Numbered from the stretch's first letter, positions 1 to 11,942 are shown. The stretch is 64,000 nucleotides of DNA from Microthyrium microscopicum (GCA_010405405.1 MU004241.1:434001-498000); one strand, 5' to 3'. Notes: generated by a model from the letters alone, not told the origin. Numbers and translations are program-made.

Positions 1-320
1 CCGCGGCCATCATCTCCAGTTCGCTATACTTTGAGGACGAGAGGGCGAAGGTTCCCTCCGAGTTGGCGAAGAGGGCAAGAGTATGGACGAGCTTGAAGGC
101 ACTGGGGACTTGGGGAGTGTGGATTGATAGGTTGCCAGAGTTATCGGTGGAGGATGACTTGATGGCGATGATGTTGGGCAAGCCGATTCCGTTGCATTTG
201 GCAAAGATCTCAGAGACGGATGAGCGTGTGTTGGAGATTGATTTGGCAAAGGCCTGGAAGGATGGCGACTATGAGAGCAGCTGGTCAAATGAGGTTGCTG
301 TTGAGTTATTTATACGATAG
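1..320 (+). CDS. 3' end of a hypothetical protein gene starting upstream of the window
   Basis: Frame 3 is open from base 3 to TAG at 318-320 (AAIISSSLYFEDERAKVPSELAKRARV...); no recognisable motif. Confidence 0.45.
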   Translation, partial: AAIISSSLYFEDERAKVPSELAKRARVWTSLKALGTWGVWIDRLPELSVEDDLMAMMLGKPIPLHLAKISETDERVLEIDLAKAWKDGDYESSWSNEVAVELFIR

Positions 321-831
321 ATCGGTTGGTTCTGGAGCTTGGAGTTTTCACTTATCTAGAATAGTGGTAGTAACAACGGTATAACTTGTCACATGGCTTA
401 GGATCCAGTTCACCAATTTTACACAAGTTTTTATTACTAGGGGTGTATAATTCCTCAAGTTCGATGGGTTTTTGAGCATCAAACTCGTCTTTGTAGGCGA
501 TGAACAAACTTGAGAGCTCAACTAAATGTCTTCCATAAGTCATAGTATGGTTAATGACTCCTGTTTGCTACAGGACTAATTTGCCCCGTGGCAAATCACT
601 GAAGTCCTCTTCAACATCCCAATACCAATCATCATCAGATCAGTCTGTCACTGGACGGTAGTCTTCTTCACCTTCAGCAATGTCCAAGAATCGCGGGCTC
701 TGAAGGAGTTCCGTGATTCTTGCATTGATCAAAAGGTATGCCATCTTAGCTTTCTGAGAGAGCTCTCCTGACTTGCTTTCGTCCATCTCTTCCCAGTGAG
801 CTTTGTTATAGTCTGCCTGTGCGGAGCGATC

Positions 832-1920
832 TCAGTGGTAATGAATTCCCAAAAGCTGAAAAGCCAGGCCTGAACCACGCTTGTTTCGTGGACGCAGGAA
901 TTTCACGCCGTACTTGTATTCATTCAAATGGTGAAATCGATGCTGGATAGGGAATATATTGCCCTCTAGCCCCTTCTCGTCGAATATTTGCCGCGCCTCG
1001 TCCTGGATGTAGGCCAAAGCGTGCCACATTGCGGTTTCCATAACTTTAGGTTTTGTTACATAGCTTTCCCGGGTTGAATGTTTGAGGATTGTGCCAATGT
1101 TATCCTTCGCCGACCATAGCAGTGCAATGGCAAAATCTTTCAGATGGTTTTTATCACCTAGAGACCATGCAGCCGCAAATAGCCATGCGAATGTATCAAA
1201 GTCATTGGTCACCCAATATGGATCTTCCATTGCTCTCAAAGGCAGTGAGAGCATCCCAGCATTCGGAGCTGAATCGGGAAGTGCAAGACCGTAAAATAAC
1301 TGCGTATGGAGGTCGTTGCTGTATAGATTCAGCCACTGGACGATATCATCGAACAACAATTGCAGCTGTCCGGAACGTTGGAGACTTGGAAGCGCTATGT
1401 AGTAGTCCGCTAGCTCGACGACTTCGAAAAGTAGCTGCCCGGTAATTCGGAAATGTTGGCACTTTAGGTCGACATAGCCATGCAGTATTTGCATGAACAG
1501 AATTAGCGCGTCGAAGGGAACATCTAGACAGCTGATAACCGGCATAGTAGTGAGTAGTGGAACGGGAAGTGCTGGGTCTACTTCTGCTGCCGAAACAACT
1601 TGGGCTGGTTTCCATCTTTTGGCCACTCCGCCGTCTAGATAGCGACGGAAGTATTCAGAGGTGCGCTTCAGAACTTTCGAATCCACTAAAAGCATTGGGG
1701 GAATCTGAATTGGCCCCTGTGTCTCTGGTTTCTCTGATGTTTGTGTTACCCCTGATGTGTCTGTTGTTTCTGATAAATGTGATATGGCCGATGTGTCTGA
1801 CGTATCTGACTCCCATATGAAGAGACCTTCCAGCAGGCAATCCATATTGAGTAGGAGGATCACATCTCCACCAGTGTCCCGGGGTATCGTGTAGGCTTGG
1901 CTAACACGAATTTCCGACAT
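832..1920 (-). CDS. BTB/POZ-like domain fungal protein (may have further 3' exons toward ~350-815)
   Basis: Long ORF from ATG at 1920. Motifs GGDVILL, LLVDSKVLKRTSEYFRRYL, DALILFMQILHG and LFEVVELADYY follow the fungal BTB pattern. The 3' structure is unresolved. Confidence 0.65.
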   Translation of the reverse strand: MSEIRVSQAYTIPRDTGGDVILLLNMDCLLEGLFIWESDTSDTSAISHLSETTDTSGVTQTSEKPETQGPIQIPPMLLVDSKVLKRTSEYFRRYLDGGVAKRWKPAQVVSAAEVDPALPVPLLTTMPVISCLDVPFDALILFMQILHGYVDLKCQHFRITGQLLFEVVELADYYIALPSLQRSGQLQLLFDDIVQWLNLYSNDLHTQLFYGLALPDSAPNAGMLSLPLRAMEDPYWVTNDFDTFAWLFAAAWSLGDKNHLKDFAIALLWSAKDNIGTILKHSTRESYVTKPKVMETAMWHALAYIQDEARQIFDEKGLEGNIFPIQHRFHHLNEYKYGVKFLRPRNKRGSGLAFQLLGIHYH

Positions 1921-3544
1921 TTTGGAAGAACTAGATGCGAGGCAAGTGTGACGAGAATGAGGGGTTTGAGTAGCAAGATTTGTCAAGTTTTGCTGCCTTC
2001 GTGGTTGTTCGTGAGGAGTAATTCATGCGTTTCGGTTTTGTTGACTGCAGTGGGTTTGTGAAGTACAAAGATGATAAAGCTTGTCGCGAATCTGCAAAAT
2101 ATAAGTCCTAGCAGCGAGGTCTTAGGTGAGCGCCTAGCAGTGACAGCCCTTGGTCTAAATTGGGCCATCTGGATTTCACTTCCCAGCAGAATATCTTTGT
2201 TTTGAGGTAGTCGCATTACGTCGACCTCAAGTGCACGAGATGGTTTGTCACCCGCCAATTTGCGATCTATGACATACGAGGAGGAGTAGTATTATGCTAC
2301 CCTGTAGCGAAGCAGCTTGGTTAAGGAGCTTGATTAAGTGGTATATACAAGCGATAGATTGTTTCGACTGCTGGGCGTGAAATCGCGATCACCCGTCTAG
2401 TAAGCTTCCCGGGCTCATCCATGATTGAAAGCATATTATTGAAGGAGAGAACGCCATATATAGTTCTCTGGGGCAAACTTGAGAGTCAGAGTTGGGCGAC
2501 TCATGAACACCTCTAGAAAGTCATCATTGCGGACACTAACCGCTTGCTGTGCCTTTTGCGGCGGTTTCAAACACAACATCATTTTCACTCCTCATGCCTT
2601 GATTGTAGTGTCCATAATGAGACGATCGATATTGAACTTTATAAGCACATCATGATAGATCGCTTAATTGTCTCTACCAATTCTGACCTTTGGCGTTTGA
2701 TCATGCATCTAGGAAGACCATGTTTGTCCACTTAGAAGCAAATATCTCTTCTCCAGGTCTTTCAAGTCTACTCACTGCGCGTATTTTTATGTTAAGCATT
2801 ACCTGGGCAAACAAGCTCGAGTGCTAATGAATGCTAATGAGTGTTGATACATTCATGAAGCGATGAGTAGATGCTCTTGTTGTCCGGTTTATTTGTTTGA
2901 CACGTACATCCTTGATATCCCGCGATCCAAAACACTGGTAACTTTGAAGCGCTTGAACAAGTTTCTCACAAGGAAGGTTCTCTGAATTTCCCGACACGTC
3001 CATCCCATCGTCCACTTCGACAGCCGCAATCATTCGTAAAACGGGCCCATTGATATTGCAGTGAAATATTTGCAATCATCCTTACGATAAATAGGCCCTT
3101 GATGGCGTGATACTCGACAAACCAAGTTGCATTGATTATTAATTTTCCCTTTTTCTCGCCATAACTCCTCGACTGGCAACGAAAGAGTACCTATATAAAG
3201 TCCCACTAGACTTATGAGTAAAGCATCAAGCTTGCCGTTCCATGGTAAAAGAAGCTCTAGCAGTTCAAAACCCCTCGATTCTGATGTGCCTAGCTGCTAG
3301 AAATGTTCAATTCATCCAATTTATCCTCGGTTTGCTCCTGCGATGGAAGCTCTTGCTCTGCCTTGCGCTTTCTTCTGTTGGGCTGGTCGTAGCTATCAGG
3401 CTTGCCGGCATAGTCTTCGGACCCGTCACTCCACAGAGGTCGCTCATCTGTGATAGCCAAACCTAACTTTTCTCTCAGGATAGTTTCCACTTCTTGACGC
3501 AGCTTGAGCCACTCCTTTTTGCGCCAATGCTTCTGTGTCGCAAT

Positions 3545-4315
3545 CTATTTCGAGAACAGAATGGCCTCTGGCTCAATTTTCTCAACGACCAAGTACTCCT
3601 CCTCAAACCACTCGTCTCTTTTGGCATGCCACTTGAGGTCAATGTTGAGCTTGTCCATCTGCTCTTTGGCGCTCAACAATTTCCAAGGTCCTTGACAGAC
3701 CTTTTCGCGACTGATGAACACAATTCTAGTCTTGAGTCCACCTGGGTTCCCATATTCCCGAATCATCTTCTTTTCCTTGCGTCTGCCACGTCGGATGTGA
3801 CGCCCCATCTGAAACCAGTTCGCCGTTGTGGAAATGAAACAATTTCTATAGGCTGAATTGTCCAAGTGACATTTCAGTGCATATTTTCGGTCATCGCTGC
3901 CAGTAGGAAGGCAACGTGCGGTACTGAATCCACCGCCTTCCTCATTTAACCAAGGAATAGAATGACCGCAGGTTGCACGCATTAGAATGAGTGGTCGCGA
4001 AGATAATTCCTTATCATACTCTGCTGCTTTGACCGCGTCAATTGGGCGCGCCCATGGGTCGCCTCTCTTCGGGCTCCTGTAGAGAGCTGGTATTCTGTTC
4101 AGCTTCAGCATCTTCTCACGATGTTTGGCCCAAGCCTTCCAATCTTCCTCGGTCAAAACGTAATCGTCTGCGGTCTTGTCCACTTCATCCTCGTCCCGCT
4201 CATTCTCGGCCACGATGCCTGTTGGATGGAGACCGGGGTTGACGGCAAGCTCCTTGTCCTGCACTGGCTCATGTATGGCGATTGTCGCCGAACCACGCTG
4301 AGATGCTGCTGTCAT
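3545..4315 (-). CDS. Hypothetical cytosolic protein with a putative ADP-ribosyltransferase (R-S-E) signature
   Basis: 256-aa intronless ORF. LMRAT...GGGF...HLD...FISTT...EEEYLVVEKIEPEAI follows the order of enterotoxin-A-type ART motifs. No signal peptide. Confidence 0.55.
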   Translation of the reverse strand: MTAASQRGSATIAIHEPVQDKELAVNPGLHPTGIVAENERDEDEVDKTADDYVLTEEDWKAWAKHREKMLKLNRIPALYRSPKRGDPWARPIDAVKAAEYDKELSSRPLILMRATCGHSIPWLNEEGGGFSTARCLPTGSDDRKYALKCHLDNSAYRNCFISTTANWFQMGRHIRRGRRKEKKMIREYGNPGGLKTRIVFISREKVCQGPWKLLSAKEQMDKLNIDLKWHAKRDEWFEEEYLVVEKIEPEAILFSK

Positions 4316-5264
4316 TCTGATGCTTGGCTTGTTCTGGTCAAATTGTACAGCGTCAAGTGTGCTTGTTGCTTCTGCTCAAAGGTCTGTATTTGCTTGAGGA
4401 ACTGAAGTCTTTAGTCCCAGGTTGGCCTTCGTGGTGCGAGAGCGACGATGATCCAGGGTTGCCTGAAGTTTTGAAGACAATGGAAGCCCAGAACCGTATC
4501 GAGTCGGTTAAGGGAAGATTGATGATATCGTTGGCGCGGAGGCTTGTGATGCGAATGGGAGAGATGAAATATGATTTGATATAATATTACTACTCTATGG
4601 TCAGTAAGATGGAGTCTGGCAGTGAGAACGAGGTGCCAACAATGGTTTTAGTGATGTATTTTCGAATTGAATACTGACTGAAAACTCGAGCCAGCAGAAG
4701 ACAAGCAAAAGGATGCAAAAGACGAGATCCGGAAATTCTACTTGTGCAGCCAGAAGGCTTAAAAAGCAGACTGTGTGACTCTAAATCATAGTGGAAATCA
4801 AGATAAGCAGAGATAAAGATGGGTTTCGGGTGTCCAGTTTGTGCTGCGCAAAGAGTGCAGAGAATGATGGTAGAAAATAGCATACGGAGGAACAGCAGAA
4901 GTATTTATACTCCGTTCTTGAGACAGGCCGAAGACCTGAGCGAATAGCTCACTATATGAGACTTCGAACAGTTGAATGAACATTGGAAGAAAAGAGAGCA
5001 AGGAATCGGGTCTCATCAACAGTTCCTATCATGGCTACCTTATTAGGTAGTGTCTGCCTTTGGACGAAGCAAAATGTAGTTTCCCAAAGTGGCACATCAA
5101 GCGAATGATCATGCATTTGGATGAGGGCAATATATGCAACATATCAGTTGATGAAGGATTCTCATATCTTCATATTGTGCTTGAAGCGGCGCTGGCTACG
5201 GCGCACCCTCAGTGGACTATCACAAAGCAGAGTCCCTTAGCGATGATGTATGCTTATGAGTAAA

Positions 5265-5669
5265 TTAACATGAGCAGCCGCATTTGGAGCAACCGATTCC
5301 ACAAGCATAATCACCACCTTCCTGGCAGTCATTATCTTTCGCACAAGTCCACCAGTCTCCATGACCGCCATTCTTGGCCGTCCAGCACCACTTTCCACCA
5401 GAATCGCAAACTTTCCAGCAGTACCCTCCAGTGCAACCCACTTGCTTGCCGAACCAGCACGTTTCCTGCGCAGAGAGGTCGCGAGCGCCGAGATTGACGA
5501 CGTTATCAAGGGGATGTTCAGCACATGCTCGGACATCGAAGGCATTCAGGCCCTCAGGAACAGGCATAACACCTAATGTACCACATGCTGAAGCATCGTT
5601 TGGGAGAGCAGTAGCCTTGACGTTGAAAGCCAAGCCTAGTGCTGCGATAAAATAGCTGGAGCCCTTCAT
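5265..5669 (-). CDS. Small secreted cysteine-rich protein, IDI-2-like
   Basis: Signal peptide MKGSSYFIAALGLAFNVKA and 14 Cys. CGTLGVM...DVRACAEHPL...GCTGGYCWKVC...WCWTA...GDWWTC resembles Podospora IDI-2 family proteins as I recall them. Confidence 0.8.
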   Translation of the reverse strand: MKGSSYFIAALGLAFNVKATALPNDASACGTLGVMPVPEGLNAFDVRACAEHPLDNVVNLGARDLSAQETCWFGKQVGCTGGYCWKVCDSGGKWCWTAKNGGHGDWWTCAKDNDCQEGGDYACGIGCSKCGCSC

Positions 5670-6708
5670 GGTGAGGTTTTCTGCAAAACGAAAAATTGGG
5701 TTGTATCTGGGTGCGAGTTAGCAACATATCTTTAACAATTATGTCAGACTAGAACTGTACTATTTTTGCAAGAATGGGAGCTTGTTGGTTGTAGAATGGT
5801 GGAGAGAACCCAAATTGCTAAAGAAAGGAGTACACTTTATAGCATTTGACTTTCTTGAACACCTTAGCAGATTATTTGCAGACGAACCTGGTCCCCATAT
5901 AACTAACATTGATGGCCAGATCAATTTTAAACTTACAGTGATGACTGTAGTACACAGTACAAGACCCCGGGACTGAAAGTTTTCACCGCCTCATAACATA
6001 CTCTCGAGTAGCCAAAGATGGAAATTGAAGGAGCATTGACGGTCTAGAGATATGGCAAGCATCAAGACGAGTGCAACGGTGAGCATGAAAAGGCGGAGGA
6101 CCACTTGCTTGGATCGTATTCCATAGAAGTTCTGTATCACACCACGGCGAATAAGAACCTGGAGCCTGGGAACACTAAAGGCTTGGAATTTGGACTTGAT
6201 TGTTTTTACGTTTAGATCGCATGCTGATTCCTTGGTATTGTCAATGGAAGCCTTGAAATAGCTTACAGGCAAACACAACGGCTGGGAAGTCTGCTTATTC
6301 TGTGCTTTGTGGATAGATTGGTTGGAGCACTTCTTGGAGCTATGCCAGTTGTCGTTGAAGCATTGCATTTGCCGTACTAGTACCAGAACAAGGCCAAAAT
6401 TCAGGCTTGAATTGACTACCTGACAGAGTGCAAATTTCACATTGTTGAAAAAAGCTGCACGGAAAGTGAAGAATTAGAAAGTCGTTGTTGACCAAAATCG
6501 AGATGTATGAATGAGTAAACTCTAGCGAAGCATAGCAAGCAATCGCAAGGAACTTGAACAAGGAATTTCGTTCTAGTGGGAATTGAACTATTCAAAATCA
6601 AGAGTCAAAACAATGAAAGAGGAAGAGTTGTTGGAATAGAATCTTTTGGCGCTGCTCCATGTAGTTACCTTTGCTTTTTCCACTTATTGTTAGTGGCTGA
6701 GTCAAAAC

Positions 6709-9409
6709 TAGTGCTGCGCCAAACGGTAGGTCGGTAGGACAGATCTACCGCCAAGATCTAGATATTTGCTACCACGCTCAATCCCCAACCACCCCAAAAT
6801 AGTAATAATTCAAATCACTTTTATTCAATCAATATAGCAGATATTCACAAACTTTTTAGTGTAGCATATAGCTCTATAACTCCTCTATCAATTCCTATGT
6901 CTCCGCCCACAAATTGACCCCCCTTTGCACAACACCTACCATTACCATCTAAGTATCTTCCTAAACAGCAAAAGATACTAAAACAAAGCCATCTTCTTTA
7001 CCTTCGTCCTCTACGCTTAGAGACTACTAGCGCTCAAAGAATAACTCATTAAGAGCGTCTTCTTCAGTAAGAGGAAGATTATACCAACATCTTAGCCTAA
7101 AAGCACCCCTATATAAGTAATATAAGCTTATTTAAAGACCTAAGAGTCAATTAAGCTTTATACCATTTATATAACTAAAAACGAGCTTATTAACGTGCTA
7201 TTAAGTAAGACACGTTCAATAAGGATTCTAGATCTAGTTTACCGCTAAGAAGGACCTTTCTAAAGGAACTAAGTTAGCTATAGTTTTAAATAACCTAATA
7301 GTGATATTAGTAAGAATAGGATTAATAGAACGAAGGGATTCCTAAAAGATAAGAGGGTTCTTATGTTTCTAAGGGCCGTCATTATAATTTAATGTTTAGA
7401 ATATACCTCTTTTGCCTTTAAAAGCGTAAAAAGATAAAGTAGTTTTATCTATTAGTTTCTTCAACCTCTTTTTATTAGAGAGAGACGCTAATAATCAAAC
7501 TCTAAGCCGTTTTTAAAGAGCTTTAAGGGCCATATTATACTAAGTAGTAGTAAGGTCTTTATTAGTTGTATTTAGATCTAGGACAAAAGCAAGCTAATTA
7601 TCGTTAGTAATTTAATTCTAGAGTCGTAATTTAAGATATTTATAAAGATCTCGCTAAGTAGTAGCTATATCATCGATTTCTAGCTATTCTACAAGTAATT
7701 TCTGCCACTCAGCTTTAATAGTGGTCTAACCCTTTATAATACGTCCAAGATAGTGTCATAGGGCCTCTAATTCAACCTAAGCTTCGTAAATAGGTTTTAG
7801 CACAGCATATAGGAATTAAACACGGAGCTAGAAGGTAGGATTCTTTATCTTATTAAAGATCTTCTTATTTTTAGCCTTAGTCTTCTTATCTTCACTTAGT
7901 ACCAGAGTAAAGCAAGCAAAATCTTTAATAGTAACAATACTACGAAGAAGGGATTAAACGACGCTAAATTAAGAGCCCTAGCAAGTAATAATAGATAAAC
8001 TAATCCTATATAATTTGCCTAGTAAAAGCTTTTGAATAGATCGTAGCTATTAAAAGTAAAGTAGCCTCATTCTAAACTAGGTCACCAGTTTTTGAACTTC
8101 TTCTAAAATAAGCTTTAGTGAAGGAATCTTATTCAAAATATCCTTAATTAGAAGCTAAAGACTATAAGAATTATATAGGATAAAGCTATATTATCTAAAG
8201 GCATTATTTAGATATTTATTAAGTATATCTATTATAGATCTCATAGTGTTATAGGTATTAGAGCTAATTAAATTAACTCTTAAGAGGTTGCTATTAGTCT
8301 AACGCTCAAGAATTGCAAGAAGATATAAAGCTAGATTTAAAGCTATAGAGTATTCTCTAACGAGATTAATATTCTCTAAGTAAAAGGATCTAATAGAAGG
8401 GATTATAACACTAAAATTAGCAATCCGTCAACCTACTCAATCTATACTTTCGTCCGTTAAGAAGTTAAGAAGAGGTTAATTCCTAAGTAGCTTTTGAAGC
8501 TTTGAGATATCCTCCTAGTAGATATATTTAATAAGGCTTAGCATCTTATAACAACTTAGAGGGCTATAATCTTAAAGACCCGCCTAAGTAGCAAAATATC
8601 ACTCATGTTGAAAGGTTGTTAGATAACAAACACTATTAAATATGTTTAATAGTAGGCCTTCTCAAACTACCCTCTTTGCATAACGAATATCCTATTATAG
8701 AGCTTAATTTTAGTCTTAGTTCAAAGAAGGAAGATAAGAAAGACTTAAAAAAGGATTAGCAGACTATAGGAAGCCCTCTTAGATCGTATGTCATTCTATT
8801 CTGCCTATATATTCTATATATCGTTTAAGATAGTAACAGTAATAAAATTTATAAGGAATTGAGTCGTTAGTAGCTATCCAATAAGCTAGAATTGCATCTC
8901 ATCATTAGCTTAAACGAGGAAGTGATTAAGGCATTTTTGATAGAGAAATCATCTAGTGACGCTTCAAGCCATAAGGCAAAGAATATAAAGTGTTTAGACT
9001 TAGGATTGACTTACAATAACTGCTTTATTGGCCATATTTTTATATATATCTTGAAGCCTATTTCTTAAGGATTATAGGCGTATTTTTTTCATATTTATTA
9101 TTAAGTATTTTGCTTATGCTAGAGTAGAATGAAATATTAGTATTTTAGTAGTTATGGTAGATTATCTATTTATTGTGCTAAGATATTGTAAAGATGTTGT
9201 AAAGATCTACGGAGCAACGGAACCACCACTAAGCTAAAATAGGATAATTCTTGGTAATCTAATATATTATAGAGGATAATTAATTGATCAAATGCCAAAA
9301 TACCAATTAAATGAAGTAGAACCAATGGTAGAGAGTAATACGCTATTAATACAGCTGTAGGACGGCGTAGTTAGTAGAACCTCGAATTGTGGTCTTACAC
9401 TCAGCACTA
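6709..9409. mobile_element. RIP-mutated hAT-type DNA transposon (2701 bp)
   Basis: Perfect 8-bp TSD GTCAAAAC at 6701-6708 and 9410-9417; short TIRs TAGTGCTG...CAGCACTA; AT/TpA-rich interior with no ORFs. The hAT call rests on TSD length and the terminus, not on a readable transposase. Confidence 0.8.
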
Positions 9410-9543
9410 GTCAAAACAAGCTCCTCAGCCACATAAAGGCTCCCGTCAATTTTCGTGTTCTGCCTCGACTTTCTTAATCATCGCAATCTTAGTTCGAGGG
9501 TTTCATATCTTCATTGAAATAAGCTTTCAGCTCTCGAGGCATT

Positions 9544-10854
9544 ATGGGTTCTACCTGTGGGCATAAAAACCTGCTTCTGCACCCGTCCAGTCATGCTGAG
9601 GCTGCTGGATATATCCAGCCAGACGCGTCAAAACGCGTCGCAGCAACAACGACATCAGGAAGAATAAGCAAAGCAGCGCAAAAGGCTGAAAGTGTCCCAT
9701 TATCTTCAGTATTTCCGGCACCTCTTGTTCTCCCTGGTGATAGCCTTGATTATGACCCGAAAGAGCCAGGACAGACTGTGCGCGCTTGGGTACAGATGAA
9801 GACTAGGAACGAGGTGACATCCCGACGGAAAACCATCTACGTGGTTGCTCCGCCAAGTTCCAATGACTCTACACTAAGTCGTCAGCTAGAGAAATGGACT
9901 CAACCAAAGACTGGGAAGGAAGGAACTTTGAAGGTCAACGGACCATCTACTCAGCATATTGTGGAATATTTGCAAGCATTTTATTCGGGGATGTCTGTAA
10001 AACGTCTGGATAACTTCTTCGAATTCACTACTTGGGACGATAAGCCATCATCAAAGGCTGATGCTCCTGACTTCATGGGTCTCATTGTGAAGAATGAGGT
10101 CGTTCGAATCAGGACGCGGTCTTGTCCTGACAATATGTTTGAACGACAACTCAACCTCAATGACCTCTTGGACGCGTGTATAACTGCACTACCAGCAGAC
10201 GCGTTCTCCATGGTCCTCTTGACGGATCAAGATCTTTACGAAGATGAAGAAGATGACTTTTGCTGTGGTCGAGCGTATGGTGGAAGTCGCGTATCAGTGG
10301 TCTCTAGCGCAAGATATCATCCACTTCTCGATCAACGACAAAGCGTGGAGCGTCTGCATGCCTGGCCGGCGTCTCACTGCGCAGACTATGTAAAAGCCTG
10401 CTGTTCAGAAGCCACAGGGAAGAAGGCCTCCAAGAAAAGGCGCATTGACCCAAGTCAAATGGCAAAAGAGCTGGATGTAGATTCAGCAATGCAGGCTGCT
10501 GTTCTAGCTTACAAGTCCGGGCCATCTTTACTCAGTGCACCCAGCCAAGAAACTCTCACTGGGCTTTGGCTAGGTAGAGTATGTCGAACTGTTAGCCATG
10601 AACTGGGGCACTGTTTTGGAATTGGTCACTGTCCATACTATGCATGCGCCATGCAAGGCACCGCTTCCATTGCTGAGGATGCTCGACAGCCACCATATCT
10701 CTGCCCAGTCGACTTGATTAAAGTTCTGAGAGCGACAGGAGCCAAGGAAGTTGACAGATATCATGCTCTTCTATCCTTCTGTAAGCAGCATCAGGATGTT
10801 CACCTGTTTGGAGCTTTTCGGGCCTGGATCGAAGTTGTGTTGAAAACCAGCTGA
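9544..10854 (+). CDS. Archaemetzincin-like zinc metalloprotease (peptidase M54)
   Basis: 436-aa intronless ORF with HELGHCFGIGHCPYYACAMQG (HExxHxxGxxH, Cys motif, Met-turn), DLYE...FCCGRA and YLCPVDL. Confidence 0.9.
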   Translation: MGSTCGHKNLLLHPSSHAEAAGYIQPDASKRVAATTTSGRISKAAQKAESVPLSSVFPAPLVLPGDSLDYDPKEPGQTVRAWVQMKTRNEVTSRRKTIYVVAPPSSNDSTLSRQLEKWTQPKTGKEGTLKVNGPSTQHIVEYLQAFYSGMSVKRLDNFFEFTTWDDKPSSKADAPDFMGLIVKNEVVRIRTRSCPDNMFERQLNLNDLLDACITALPADAFSMVLLTDQDLYEDEEDDFCCGRAYGGSRVSVVSSARYHPLLDQRQSVERLHAWPASHCADYVKACCSEATGKKASKKRRIDPSQMAKELDVDSAMQAAVLAYKSGPSLLSAPSQETLTGLWLGRVCRTVSHELGHCFGIGHCPYYACAMQGTASIAEDARQPPYLCPVDLIKVLRATGAKEVDRYHALLSFCKQHQDVHLFGAFRAWIEVVLKTS

Positions 10855-10967
10855 AAATGATGAGAAACGCAACATTTCACATCACATATGGAAGATGGCC
10901 AGACAACCAGCTGATGACCTTTCGCTTCCAGTACTCCGCTTCACATACTTGGAAAAACGTGGAGGTA

Positions 10968-11942
10968 TCAGGATGAAATTCTGCCTAGCATGCCACTCAC
11001 AATTTCTTCGACAAGCTGGGAAGTCATCTTTAACTCGGGGTCGTGATCTGGATTCACTTCCGCGACGCTGAGTCCCACGGTCTTTTTGCTCTTCAAAAAG
11101 ATCTTCATTGCAGACATAGTCTCCTTGAATCCAAGTCCCGTCCAATTTGGTACATTCCCAAGAGGAAACAATCCTGGATCTATAACATCAACATCCAAAT
11201 GGACCAGGATATAATCCACTCGATCTTCCATCCATTTCAAAGCCTCTTTGGCTCTGAGCTGTGGCGCTTTCTGTACCGCTTGCGAAGTGATAACATTGAA
11301 GTTGTTATTAAAAAGATAGCCCAAATGCTCTCGTTTGTTGGCTGGCGAGTCGATGTTCAGACCAAATAGGATGATGTTTCCGTTGTCAACAACTCCAGTG
11401 CTCTTAGAGCCAGGCCGGCAAAAACGTTTCATGCTGTCTAATGCTCCTTCTCGCAGTGTGAGATGCGTGAGAGTCATTCCGGCGATGTTTCCTGACGAAT
11501 TCGACTCCTTCGGGGTATATAAGTCACAATCAGCGTCGATATAAATTATGCCTATCCGCTTGTCAGATCCTTTGACATGGTCCCAATAGGCCGACATTAT
11601 CGCAGGGCAATACAGGCATTCTCCAGCGAAAACCAACTGAAAGGTTGATAGTCGATTCTTGTTGTTTTCGTGCTGCTCAGCCAATGCTGCTGCCACCGTT
11701 TGCCGGACCTTGTTGCAGGCTTCGACTGTATTTGCTTCATTTCGCGCCCCATTTGGCTCTCGCGTTGACGACTGCCATCCTCCAGTCGAAAATGCTGTAT
11801 ATTCCGTGAGATGGAAGCCTACAGTCGCAAGCTTCTTGTGTATGCCTACGGACTTGAACGCTGAAGGAGCTTTCGACTTGCCAGCGTACACGGAGCCGAG
11901 GTCGGATGGGACATTGATGATGTTGATAGTTCTGGTCCCCAT
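10968..11942 (-). CDS. Arginase/ureohydrolase-family protein with atypical metal ligands
   Basis: Intronless, likely ATG at 11942. Motifs VFAGEC, IDADCDLYTP, SGNIAGM, VHLDVDVIDP, TGLGF and VAEVNPDHD. Confidence 0.85.
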   Translation of the reverse strand: MGTRTINIINVPSDLGSVYAGKSKAPSAFKSVGIHKKLATVGFHLTEYTAFSTGGWQSSTREPNGARNEANTVEACNKVRQTVAAALAEQHENNKNRLSTFQLVFAGECLYCPAIMSAYWDHVKGSDKRIGIIYIDADCDLYTPKESNSSGNIAGMTLTHLTLREGALDSMKRFCRPGSKSTGVVDNGNIILFGLNIDSPANKREHLGYLFNNNFNVITSQAVQKAPQLRAKEALKWMEDRVDYILVHLDVDVIDPGLFPLGNVPNWTGLGFKETMSAMKIFLKSKKTVGLSVAEVNPDHDPELKMTSQLVEEIVSGMLGRISS

